Positions 19,198 through 28,451 of a stretch of DNA of 64,000 nucleotides are shown in pieces (positions within the stretch are counted from its first letter, which is position 1; each line of letters opens with the position of its first letter). Source of the DNA: Candidatus Lustribacter sp. (GTDB taxonomy: Bacteria > Vulcanimicrobiota > Vulcanimicrobiia > Vulcanimicrobiales > Vulcanimicrobiaceae); the NCBI GenBank assembly GCA_965277805.1, contig OZ255842.1, forward strand, positions 2,080,001 to 2,144,000, written 5' to 3'. Under the pieces are notes generated by a model. That model had not been told where the DNA came from. It worked only from the letters and a program-made list of their open reading frames with translations, and ran no database searches. The position numbers and the translations under genes are program-made.

Positions 19198-19501
19198 TTG
19201 TACCACGTGCTAAGATCCACATTCGTCTCTTCCAGTCTGAGCCTAACGGCAGCGGCGGAATTGCCGCTGCCGGTAGGCGCCCAATCTGTCGCGTTCGCTC
19301 CAGATGCCACCCGAAGCCGTCGGGCAGAGGTGGTTACGACAATGAACCTTGCGCGCCCGGGCGTTTCGCAGGCGTGGATCCCCTTGCCGTCAGTGAGCGC
19401 CCTAGCCGTTCTTGATGTATCCTCAAGCCGTGAACGCGGGCATCGCCTGCGACTGCCTCGATCCAAAGGCTGTCGCTTATTCGATCACGGTAACGGCCTA
19501 G
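19198..19501 (+). pseudogene. Remnant of a transglutaminase-like exported protein (both ends only)
   Basis: AQSVAFAP...EVVTTMNL...SQAWIPLPSV, then in another frame PFLMYPQAVNAG...DCLDPKAVAYSIT* (19406-19501); family recognised from memory. Confidence 0.5.
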
Positions 19502-19544
19502 TTTCTCTCTTCGAAGGCGACGCGACGTTCCCGAGGTACTCAAC

Positions 19545-20516
19545 ATGTCCGCTGCAATCCATTCGCTCGATCACTTTAGCTTCGCCGTCCCTGACGTAGC
19601 CGCCGCGGCTGCGTTCTACGAACGCTTCGGCCTCGATGTCCGCTCGGAAGGTACGGGTTTCACGCTGCGCGCGAGCGGCAGCGATCACGTTTGGGGTCGC
19701 ATTTACGAAGGCCCGCGAAAAGCCATCGGTTACCTCTCGTTCGGCGCGTACGAGCACGATATGCCGCAACTGCGCAAGCAAGTCGCCGGATGCGGAGTGG
19801 CGTTACTGCCGGCTCCGAAACGTGCCGTCGACGATGGCGGGGTGTGGTTCGAGGATCCGGACGGGACACTAATAGAGATTCGCGTCGGTCCGAAGGTCTC
19901 GCCTGACGTAAAAGCTGCGCTGAGCGCGACGTTTGCCCCGCCCGATGTCGCTGGTGCGCCCATGCGCTCCGACGCCAAGACGGTGCGGCCCGACCGTCTT
20001 TCGCACGTGCTCGTGTTCACGAGCGATGTCTCGCGCGCGATCGACTTTTATCGCGAGACCGTTGGCATGCAGCTCTCCGATCGGGCTCGGGACGGCATCG
20101 GGTTCATGCACGGCGCACACGGCAGCGACCATCACCTCGTCGCATTCGCGAAATCTGACGCTCGCGGATTTCATCATTGCAGTTGGAACGTAGCTTCGGT
20201 GAGCGATGTCGGCCTAGGTGCGATGCAAATGGCCGATGCGGGATACACTCGCGGGTGGGGAATGGGGCGGCACGTACTCGGGTCAAACTATTTTGACTAC
20301 ATCCGCGACCCGTGGGGAAGCTACTCCGAATATTCCTACGATATCGATTTCGTCACTCCGGGAGCGGTTGCGAAAGGCACGTGGAAAGCGACCGACGCAT
20401 CGCCCGAAAATGGCTTCTACTTGTGGGGGCCGTTGCCACCTGACGATTTCGCCTTTAATTACGAGTCGCCGTCGGCCGAATTACAACGGGACCTCGTCGC
20501 AAGCGAACCGCGGTAA
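19545..20516 (+). CDS. Two-domain VOC protein, extradiol dioxygenase-like
   Basis: HSLDHF, RLSHVL, SDHHLVAF, HHCSW, GMGRHVLGSNYFDYIRDPWGSYSEY. Confidence 0.9.
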   Translation: MSAAIHSLDHFSFAVPDVAAAAAFYERFGLDVRSEGTGFTLRASGSDHVWGRIYEGPRKAIGYLSFGAYEHDMPQLRKQVAGCGVALLPAPKRAVDDGGVWFEDPDGTLIEIRVGPKVSPDVKAALSATFAPPDVAGAPMRSDAKTVRPDRLSHVLVFTSDVSRAIDFYRETVGMQLSDRARDGIGFMHGAHGSDHHLVAFAKSDARGFHHCSWNVASVSDVGLGAMQMADAGYTRGWGMGRHVLGSNYFDYIRDPWGSYSEYSYDIDFVTPGAVAKGTWKATDASPENGFYLWGPLPPDDFAFNYESPSAELQRDLVASEPR

Positions 20517-20734
20517 GCGTGCGTCAAAAATGTAACGATGCGGCGATTTAGCGGTGCCAGCAGAACAATGAGCGGAATCATCGCTAACCAGGCAAAGAGC
20601 CATGCGCGGACCCATAGCAAGAACGTTGACTGCAAATGCAATAAGAGTCCTGTTGCGATCGCGGCTGTGACCGCTGTTGTTGCGCCGGACTGAATGGTTC
20701 CAAAAAGTAAATCAGCGTAACGCTTGTTGATCAT
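20459..20734 (-). CDS. Small membrane protein, DUF2798-like
   Basis: FGTIQSG, WVRAWLFAWLAMIPLIVLLAP, two hydrophobic segments. Confidence 0.6.
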   Translation of the reverse strand: MINKRYADLLFGTIQSGATTAVTAAIATGLLLHLQSTFLLWVRAWLFAWLAMIPLIVLLAPLNRRIVTFLTHAYRGSLATRSRCNSADGDS

Positions 20735-20790
20735 GCGCTCGTTCCAAGTCGCCAGCTGGCGTAAATTTTGTCTGCCCAATCGTACTGGCC

Positions 20791-21738
20791 TCAACCCGGA
20801 AAAATGAGCTCGGACGCTGGGAAGGCCGGAAATTTTTGGTACTTGGCGGCTAGATCGATCGACGGTTGAAGCTGCCCGGTCGCGAGCTTTTCGGCGAATG
20901 TCGCGCGGTGGACGTGGGCGACGAATTCCGGATCTTGCTTGAGCTTGCTGGCCACGATTGGTACGACTTTATCGGGATTTGCCTTCGCCCAGGCGGCCGA
21001 TTCGACCATGACGCGCGCAAATCGCGCGACGAGATCGGTATGCGCCTTCGCCCAGGTAGCTGTCGCGCACCATGCCGTTACTAGGTAGGGCGGTGCGAGA
21101 ACTTCGTCTCCTGACGTGAGCAACTTCGCTTGCCCCTTCTGGATTGCGATCGTGAAGAATGGCTCATTGAGCCACCCCGCATCGGCGCGTCCCGCAGCAA
21201 GGGTATCACCAATTGCGGGAAACGGGACCTCGAGAAACTTGATCGTGGCCGAATCACCGCCATTCTTGTCCATCCAAGCTCGCGGTATGAACTCGGCTAG
21301 CGATCCGAGTCCCGGAATCGCGATCGTCTTGCCCTGGAGGTCTCCTGGGCCCTTGATCGCCGAGTTCGGTGGCACGACGATCCCGCCCTGAACGAGGCCC
21401 TTTTCGACATCTCCTTGCGGCCCGACGATCACGAACGGCAGTCCCTTGGCATGGGCCAGTGCAAGATTCGTGATCGTCGCGTTCCCGATGTCGAACGTTC
21501 CAGCGAGTATCGCCGGCAAGATAGCCGCTCCGGTTGATAGCTGACCTATCTCCGCGCTGATCCCGGCCTTCGCAAAAAAGCCGTTCGCCTCGGCGTAATA
21601 CGGCTGGCACCCGGGCTCGATCGGGACAACTGCGACCTTCACCAACGGAAGGTCGACGGCGCGAGCGACGCCCCTGACACTTGGAAGAGCGAACGCTCCG
21701 GCTATAGCTTGTGCGGCTCGGTGGCGGGTGATGTTCAC
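20791..21738 (-). CDS. ABC substrate-binding protein, NitT/TauT (SsuA-like)
   Basis: YYAEANGFFAKAG, DLQGKTIA, EVPFP, GRADAG, EPF. Confidence 0.85.
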   Translation of the reverse strand: MNITRHRAAQAIAGAFALPSVRGVARAVDLPLVKVAVVPIEPGCQPYYAEANGFFAKAGISAEIGQLSTGAAILPAILAGTFDIGNATITNLALAHAKGLPFVIVGPQGDVEKGLVQGGIVVPPNSAIKGPGDLQGKTIAIPGLGSLAEFIPRAWMDKNGGDSATIKFLEVPFPAIGDTLAAGRADAGWLNEPFFTIAIQKGQAKLLTSGDEVLAPPYLVTAWCATATWAKAHTDLVARFARVMVESAAWAKANPDKVVPIVASKLKQDPEFVAHVHRATFAEKLATGQLQPSIDLAAKYQKFPAFPASELIFPG

Positions 21739-22634
21739 GGTGTGAATGCGCTCGGAAAGATATGAAGCATGACGATTTTCCGAGCGGCTTCAGAACTTCT
21801 TTGGTAGCACGTCTGCAGCGTTACTTTCATGCCGTCACCTTTGGCGTTGCAACATGAGGCTTGGCTAAGATAATTGCCCGGACCGTTCACTGTTGGAGAA
21901 AGTACCATCCGCGCGTTTGTAGCATAGGAATCTCGACAATATGAAGTGGAGTGGAAGTCCTAGTAGTCCCACTACCCCTCGCATAAGCCAGCTTGATCGC
22001 GCAACGTCAGCACGATGCGTTGAGCGCTCGGGCTCACATTCAGTCGGATGGGATGATCGTCGAGTGGGTGGCGACGGCTGCGCAGGTGACCGACGGACGG
22101 CGGCCGTTGCGGTCGCGTCGCGCGGACGTGCGCGCGAAGGGATGCAGGACGGCCTGTGCTTAAAGCGCGCTCGAAGGTCGAACTATTCCAGCTCGCGCAG
22201 TGTTGCCACGAACGCTTGAGCCGCTTGCAGAGTCATACCATGAAGCATCAGAATGACGACATTCAGTTCATCGTCTTGCACCGAAGACGCATGTGCGATG
22301 TTCTCTGAGCCGCCCATAATGTTGCCAAGAGCCCGCCCAAATGCAGAGCTCCAACCATTGTTGATTGCGGTTTGGCGGACTAGCCGCTTATACCATTTAA
22401 GCATGGAGGCCGCGCAGGACCAGTCCGAACAGTCGCTGCGTTTTAACTTGAGTCAAGATTTACGCCTTTGCGCGATGTTGCGCGACTACTTCGCTTGGGA
22501 ACGAATCGAACCTCGGTCTGCCTCACCAACACGGTGAGGTTTCGCCTCGGGCCGTGGCGCTAAATTCAAGAACAGCGTGACTACTCCGGATCCACGCTCA
22601 TCACGGGCAATGCGGTCCGAAATGGCGCGATGCC

Positions 22635-23492
22635 CTAATCGCCTTCTGACACTTCCCCGCGACGATCGCGAAGCCGCACTAGTCGCTGAAGCGCGCTGCT
22701 GCTTTCCTCATCAACGGGCGTCTGCAGGAACACCATGACCCCCGGAAGTGCGGGCGGCTCCAGCGTCATGGACCTCACCGCGATCGGTCCGGCGGCCGTT
22801 TCGAAAGTGATCGGCGTCGCCGGACCACGGCCCACGATCTTTTCCGACCACGCGCGCGTGAAGTCGGGTGAATCGGCGAGCGCGTCTAGCAGCTCGTCGA
22901 TACGCGCATCCGCACCGTGACGCGCGTACAATGAGCGAAAGATGGCCACCGGACCGAGCGACATCTCGTCCCAGCTCCGCACGATATGGCGGAGCGCCGG
23001 ATCCTTGAACATGCGCCAGATGTGATTGTTGGCTTTCCAATCGGTTGCGTCGCTGAACTCGTAGAGGGCCGCCGTGCGCCGATTCCAGGCAAGGTGATCC
23101 ATGCGGGCGTTGACCGCGAACGCGCTGCCGGTGAACGCGTGCAGCATCGCCTGGACATCGGCCGGAACCGCGGTGACCAGCTCGCCCCACGGCACGATCT
23201 GCCGTTCGGCCAGGCCGAAGACATAGCCCGACTCTTCCGGCGAAAGGCGCAGCACGCGAGAAATCCGCGTAAGGACTTCGGACGAGGGGCGTACTGGGCG
23301 CCCTTGCTCGAGCCAGGTGTACCAAACGACGCCAATGTGCGCCAGGCTGGCCACCTCCTCGCGACGCAAGCCACGCGCGATCCGGCGCGCACCTCGCTCT
23401 AAGCCGGCAGCCTCTGGCGCGATCGCCTGGCGCCGCGAGCGCAAGAACATGCCGAGCTCTTTGCGACGTGCGGCCGGGTCATCAGAATTCAT
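22635..23492 (-). CDS. XRE-HTH regulator with MmyB-like ligand-binding domain
   Basis: ELGMFLRSRR, GLRREEVASLAHIGVVWYTWLEQGR, LAWN. Confidence 0.9.
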   Translation of the reverse strand: MNSDDPAARRKELGMFLRSRRQAIAPEAAGLERGARRIARGLRREEVASLAHIGVVWYTWLEQGRPVRPSSEVLTRISRVLRLSPEESGYVFGLAERQIVPWGELVTAVPADVQAMLHAFTGSAFAVNARMDHLAWNRRTAALYEFSDATDWKANNHIWRMFKDPALRHIVRSWDEMSLGPVAIFRSLYARHGADARIDELLDALADSPDFTRAWSEKIVGRGPATPITFETAAGPIAVRSMTLEPPALPGVMVFLQTPVDEESSSALQRLVRLRDRRGEVSEGD

Positions 23493-23506
23493 GACAGCTC
23501 TTTGAG

Positions 23507-23529
23507 GAGTACTCGCAGTACTAGTACTG
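23507..23529. promoter_or_regulatory. Candidate operator of the MmyB-like regulator
   Basis: Three AGTACT palindromic hexamers clustered (GAGTACTC-G-CAGTACT-AGTACTG) between divergent starts. Confidence 0.4.
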
Positions 23530-23599
23530 TTTCTTGCCTTTGTGGCGGCCGCACTCCTGTGCTACAAAGCCTCGGACGGTACTTGCGGGGGATGCGCTC

Positions 23600-24607
23600 A
23601 TGACTGATTCCGGCACATTTTCGCTTGCCAAAGCCCGCGCATTGCTTTCGCGCGCCGTAGCAAAATGCGAGGCCTTTGGGCAATCCGGCACCTTCGTCGT
23701 CGTCGACGCCTCGGGCGCTCCGGTGAGCGTGGCGCGTATGGACGGCTGCGCCCCCTCGGCGCTGCCGCTGGTTCGTGCGAAGGCGTTCGCCACCGCCGCG
23801 AACGGCGAGCCGAGCGCGCTCTTCGCCGCACGCATGGAGAAGTTCGGTCCCCACACGTTTGCGAGCTATCAGGCCGTTCTGCGCGACCAGCCGTTTCCGG
23901 GCGCCGGCGGTGTACCGGTGCGGGAGAACGGGAGGATCGTCGGAGCGATTGCGACCGGCCTGCGCATCGGGCCGTTCGTCAAGTTGCCCGGCATCTCGCC
24001 GTCGCAACTGATCGCCGACGGCAAGCCGGGCAATCTCGAGGATACGATCATCAGCTACGCGCTCGGCGTACCGTACAATCCGCAGCACGGCGATGACGCT
24101 GCGCGCTGGACCGAAGCCTATGGCGCGCCGCCGGACCCGGCGGAAAAAGGAACGGCCATGGACCCGGTTCCGGAAGCGAGCGCGCAACCCGAACTCGCGC
24201 GCGCGCGCGCAATTGCCGATCGCGTGATCGCGCGCGCCACGGAAAAGGGCGCGCGCGTGGCCGTTGCGGTTGTCGATGCGGCCGGCGATGCCGTCACGCT
24301 CGATCGCATGGACGGCGCGCCGCCGATGGGGGTCGACGTCGCCGCAGCCACCGCGACCGCCGCCGTCAATTTTGGCATGGCGTCGGGGGCGATCGCAGCC
24401 GACCGCCACTATTCGAGCGTTCTCGACAGCGTGCTCACAACCGTCCCATACCGGATGCTGACGTTGCCCGGCGGATGTCCGATTCGCAGCGGAACGGCGG
24501 TGCTCGCTGCCATCGGTGTGTATTGTCATGATCTCGACCTCGCCGCCGAGCTTGCGCAGAGTGCGGCGGATTGGGTCTTACCGCAATTCGAAGGAAGTGG
24601 TCAATGA
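23600..24607 (+). CDS. Tandem GlcG/HbpS-domain protein, module 2
   Basis: VVVDASG...RMDG...AKA, then VVDAAG...RMDGA; shares IISYAxG...YxPQHGDD linker with the 14806 gene. Confidence 0.8.
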   Translation: MTDSGTFSLAKARALLSRAVAKCEAFGQSGTFVVVDASGAPVSVARMDGCAPSALPLVRAKAFATAANGEPSALFAARMEKFGPHTFASYQAVLRDQPFPGAGGVPVRENGRIVGAIATGLRIGPFVKLPGISPSQLIADGKPGNLEDTIISYALGVPYNPQHGDDAARWTEAYGAPPDPAEKGTAMDPVPEASAQPELARARAIADRVIARATEKGARVAVAVVDAAGDAVTLDRMDGAPPMGVDVAAATATAAVNFGMASGAIAADRHYSSVLDSVLTTVPYRMLTLPGGCPIRSGTAVLAAIGVYCHDLDLAAELAQSAADWVLPQFEGSGQ

Positions 24608-25809
24608 TAGAACAGGATCGCATCGACATCGACATCGCTCCGCTCACCGATCCTGGCACGGTCGACTATGTCCACACCGGCCCCGGCACCTTGGCCGGCA
24701 CCTACTTACGGCGCTTTTGGCACCCCGTCTATTGCAGCCGTAACCTCGAGCCCGGCTTCGCTAAGCCGCTGACGATCATGAGCCAGAAATTGGCGCTGTA
24801 CCGCAGCCAGGAAGGCCAGGTCCACTGCGTCGACAACCGCTGTGCGCATCGCGGCGCGATGCTCAGCACGGGCTGGGTCGAGGGCGACGTCATCCGCTGC
24901 CCCTATCATGGCTGGGCGTACGGGGCCGATGGCAGGTGCGTGGAGCAGCCGATGGAACGAGCGACATTCGCCAAGCATATTCGCATCGGCGGCTACCCGA
25001 CGCAAGAATATCTCGGCTTCATCTGGCTCTATCTCGGCAACGGCGAACCGCCCCCGTTTATACGCTATCCCGAATGGGAGAATGCGCCCTTCGTTTCCGC
25101 TCAGATCGACACGCGGCCATGCAATTGGTTTCAGAACATCGAGAACTATCAAGACGAAGCTCACGTTTGGTTCACGCACAAGCGCTCCGCGCTCGAAGGC
25201 CTCGATCTGAACCATCTGCCGCAGCTCTCGTGTGAGAAAACGCCCTGGGGCTTGCGTATGATCGCAAAGAAACAGGACGGCAACGACCGCATCGTGCAGT
25301 TCGGTATGCCCAACATCTGCATGTTCGCCGTGCATCCGGACAACATTAAACGCCAGGGCGAAGAACGCAACGCCGACGAGACAGCGTGGCAGATGTTCCT
25401 CGACTACCGGGTGCCGGTGGACGATTTCTCGCATCTGCAAGTGCACTGTATCGCGACGTTCATGAACGGGACGCCCAGCGAAGAGTACAAGAAGCGCTGG
25501 AAAGACTTCGCGAACGCCGAAGCCGAGGCCCACGAGGTCGCGCAGAAAGTGCTGCGCGGCGAACTCCAGTACGATAGGATCGCCGAAATATGCCACCACG
25601 TGCCACTTGCGCAAGACGAAGTTGTGCAAGTGGGCCAGGGCGTCATTGCGGATCGCCGGCGCGGCATCGAAAATCTGGGCTCGACGGACGTCGGCGTCGT
25701 CGCGATCCGGCGACTGTATACGCAGGAGCTCACGGCGCTGGCCGAAGGCCGGCCGCTCGGGAATTTCGAGCGGCCGGAGGGACTGTTGCCCAAAGGCGGC
25801 GGCGACTAA
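24604..25809 (+). CDS. Rieske non-heme iron oxygenase alpha subunit, module 2
   Basis: CAHRG...CPYHG; ENYQDEAHVWFTH; paralogue of 13601 (VHPDNI, FANAExEAH, CHHV..AQD). Confidence 0.92.
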   Translation: MIEQDRIDIDIAPLTDPGTVDYVHTGPGTLAGTYLRRFWHPVYCSRNLEPGFAKPLTIMSQKLALYRSQEGQVHCVDNRCAHRGAMLSTGWVEGDVIRCPYHGWAYGADGRCVEQPMERATFAKHIRIGGYPTQEYLGFIWLYLGNGEPPPFIRYPEWENAPFVSAQIDTRPCNWFQNIENYQDEAHVWFTHKRSALEGLDLNHLPQLSCEKTPWGLRMIAKKQDGNDRIVQFGMPNICMFAVHPDNIKRQGEERNADETAWQMFLDYRVPVDDFSHLQVHCIATFMNGTPSEEYKKRWKDFANAEAEAHEVAQKVLRGELQYDRIAEICHHVPLAQDEVVQVGQGVIADRRRGIENLGSTDVGVVAIRRLYTQELTALAEGRPLGNFERPEGLLPKGGGD

Positions 25810-26192
25810 TGCCGGTTTCCAAAGAGGACATCCTTGAAGCCGGTAAAGGCATGCTGCAAAAGCAGTATTACGTCGTCTTCAGCACGCCGACGAACGGTAT
25901 CGGTCCCGTGATGGAAAATCTCGAGGCGCACCTCGCGCATCAATGTAAGATCGAGGCCGACGGCATTATGGTGGCGGCCGGACCGCACTGGACGGATGAC
26001 GAGACGCAGTGGGAGGGCGACGGGATGTTCGTCATCCGCGCACGGGACCTCGTGCACGCAAAGGAGCTTGCGGCGAGCGATCCGATGCACAAATGCGGAG
26101 CGCGGTCGTTCAAAGTCCGCCCGTGGCTGGTGTGCGAAGGCGGCTTTACCATACGGATCACGTTTTCGGACGGCAAATTCGCACTCGAGTAA
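25809..26192 (+). CDS. YciI family protein, module 2
   Basis: 127 aa, 108/127 identical to 17144..17527 by manual count; TAATG coupling. Confidence 0.88.
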   Translation: MPVSKEDILEAGKGMLQKQYYVVFSTPTNGIGPVMENLEAHLAHQCKIEADGIMVAAGPHWTDDETQWEGDGMFVIRARDLVHAKELAASDPMHKCGARSFKVRPWLVCEGGFTIRITFSDGKFALE

Positions 26193-26223
26193 CGTCGCGC
26201 TCATCGGCGGAAAGTGAAGGCTC

Positions 26224-26577
26224 ATGCTCTACCTCAGAATGTGTTTTGACAGTCCCGGTAAGGAACAGCTCCGCGATGCCACGCGGTCGGAGCACCGCGC
26301 CTACCTCGTCCCATTTCTGGCCCCCGGCGGGGACGTCCACATCGTTCAGGCCGGTCCCATGTGCGGCAGCGATGAGAGCGATCAGAACGTGGGCAGCTTT
26401 TTCGTCGTCGAAGCCACGTCGATAAAGGCGGTCGAGGCCTTTCACGCCGGCGATCCGTTCACGCAAAAAGGCGTGTTCGGAAACGCGACGGTCGTGCGGT
26501 GGGATCGGCACATCGACAGTAGCAGCGAATCGCACGCGACGTTCGCCGCACAAAACGCCCGGCCGGCTGTCGGATAA
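26224..26577 (+). CDS. YciI family protein (divergent)
   Basis: RSEHRAYL, QAGP, GSFFVVEA, GDPF. Confidence 0.85.
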   Translation: MLYLRMCFDSPGKEQLRDATRSEHRAYLVPFLAPGGDVHIVQAGPMCGSDESDQNVGSFFVVEATSIKAVEAFHAGDPFTQKGVFGNATVVRWDRHIDSSSESHATFAAQNARPAVG

Positions 26578-26579
26578 CG

Positions 26580-27458
26580 ATGCCGTACAGCTTCTCCCGC
26601 TTTCTGGCCGAACTGGGGCGATCGATTCCGATGCCCGAATTCGATCCGCCCACGCTCGTGCCGTTGCGCAAGCCCATCGCCGAGTCGACAATCGGGATGT
26701 TCGTCAGCTGCGGCGCGCAACTGCCCGAAGACCCGCCGCTGCTCGAGACGGAAGACATCACGTTCCGGTTGTTGCCACGCGACGTCCCGACCGATCGACT
26801 AGTCATTTCGCATCAAACGCTGGTACGGAAGTGGGCGGTAGAAGACCTGAACGTCGCATACCCGATCGACCGCATGAAGGAGCTGGAACGTGAGGGAACG
26901 TTCAAGCGGCTCGCGCACACAAACGTCTCAATGGTCGGTTCGATCGAGCGCTATACCGAATTGATGGAACAGACAGTGCCGCGGATGAAGGCCGTCTTTG
27001 ACTCGCAAGGTGTCGACCTCGTCTTGTTGCTGCCGTTCTGCCCCGCATGTCATCGGGCGACGGGCCTCGTCGCTCGGGCGTTGGAGGCCCGCGGGCTGCC
27101 GACCATTAGCACGAGCGTGCTGTGGGAAATGAGCGCTGCCGTCAAGCCGCCGCGCACGTGCTTCCTAGATTTTCCGCTAGGTTGCCCGGCCGGCAAGCCG
27201 CACGAAGTAGCGCAGCAGCGCGACATTCTCCGTCAAACGCTGCAACTCGCACCGGAGTTCGACGCCGACAGCTGGGCGATGAAGTCGCTGCCGTTTCAAT
27301 GGGATGCCGACGGAAGTCGCGACTGGGAGCGCGCGACAGAAGACCTCTACCGAAACGGTGGAATCAAGATTACCGATCGGCACATGGCGGCGCACGCAAA
27401 CGTCGGCGAGTCGTTACTTGGCAACGAGCGCGCCTTCGCAGTCAAATGTAACTGTTAA
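26580..27458 (+). CDS. GrdB/PrdB-like protein, cysteine form (CPAC), ending in CNC
   Basis: DLNVAYPIDRMKEL, GVDLVLLLPFCPACH, LEARGLPT, VKPPR, FPLGCPAGKP. Confidence 0.85.
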   Translation: MPYSFSRFLAELGRSIPMPEFDPPTLVPLRKPIAESTIGMFVSCGAQLPEDPPLLETEDITFRLLPRDVPTDRLVISHQTLVRKWAVEDLNVAYPIDRMKELEREGTFKRLAHTNVSMVGSIERYTELMEQTVPRMKAVFDSQGVDLVLLLPFCPACHRATGLVARALEARGLPTISTSVLWEMSAAVKPPRTCFLDFPLGCPAGKPHEVAQQRDILRQTLQLAPEFDADSWAMKSLPFQWDADGSRDWERATEDLYRNGGIKITDRHMAAHANVGESLLGNERAFAVKCNC

Positions 27459-27625
27459 TACGAACGGCCTATGTACCGTGCGCCATGCGCGAGCAGGCAT
27501 GTTAAAGTGATTCTTGCTTCGCACACCCGATCCACTTTAGCCACTGCGTGCTATGTGCGTCAGGTCATTGCTGGCGCTTGGCCGGTGTTCTGCGTGATGG
27601 GCTTACAACTGCGCACTCGAAAGGG

Positions 27626-27871
27626 TTACTTCTCTTTCGACGGATAGTGGACCGGGTCCAGAATTGCCCGGTCCGGTGCGCCACCTGCGGCAAACAACGG
27701 AAAATGAACCGAACAGTACTCGACGGTCAGCGCTTCAGAATCGCTTCCACAAGCGCTGCAACCGCAAGGCCACCAATGCGTACTAACGAGTCGACGGTTC
27801 GAATCGAAATCGACTGTTGTGGAAACGTGTCCGGACAAAGCCAGCCTAAGAATATGTAAGCCCTTCGTCAT
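27626..27871 (-). CDS. Small hypothetical protein with WPCGCSAC motif
   Basis: ATG 27871 preceded by GGGAGGG; Cys/His cluster. Confidence 0.45.
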   Translation of the reverse strand: MTKGLHILRLALSGHVSTTVDFDSNRRLVSTHWWPCGCSACGSDSEALTVEYCSVHFPLFAAGGAPDRAILDPVHYPSKEK

Positions 27872-28003
27872 CTGCCAGCCCTCCCGCCGATGTGACGACG
27901 TTCCACTTGGTGGAGAGAAAACACGATTCCTAGCGGTGGTCCGGGCGGCGACCGGTCGGACACATTTCGATCTTGGCGAACCGGCACACGACAATCGTAT
28001 CTA

Positions 28004-28311
28004 CTAGTGAACCAGTTTTAGGATCGGGCCAGGAACGGACGCCATATAACGCCAGCCAACCTTCTCGACCATGCTCTCGATCGTGAACGGCTTTTCGAGC
28101 GGCTGCATGACCAACGTGGAAAGCCCGGGCTGGGTGATCCGGAGATGAGCATGGCCGCGCGCACTCCGCTGCGAAACATGGCAACGGCGACGAGCCGGGC
28201 GCTTTCGGTGGCCTCCTGAGCCGACGTTCCCAGCGAGCAGATGCGTGGCTCCGTACTCGTCGCAACAAAGCGTTCCCCGCGCGGTGCGACAATCAAATGA
28301 AGCGAGTCCAT
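28004..28311 (-). pseudogene. Possible frameshifted small hypothetical gene
   Basis: GGAGG upstream of ATG 28311; protein-like sequence appears to switch frame near 28145. Confidence 0.3.
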
Positions 28312-28451
28312 GTGCTGCACACACCTCCGAGCAACGAACGAAAAGATGGGGGGACTCATCCTAGCAGGCGGAGCGACTGCCTGTCCGTACGACAGCGCGC
28401 CCTAGACTGTGTGTCTACTTGACAAGCAACACTCTCGACGATGCGCCACAA

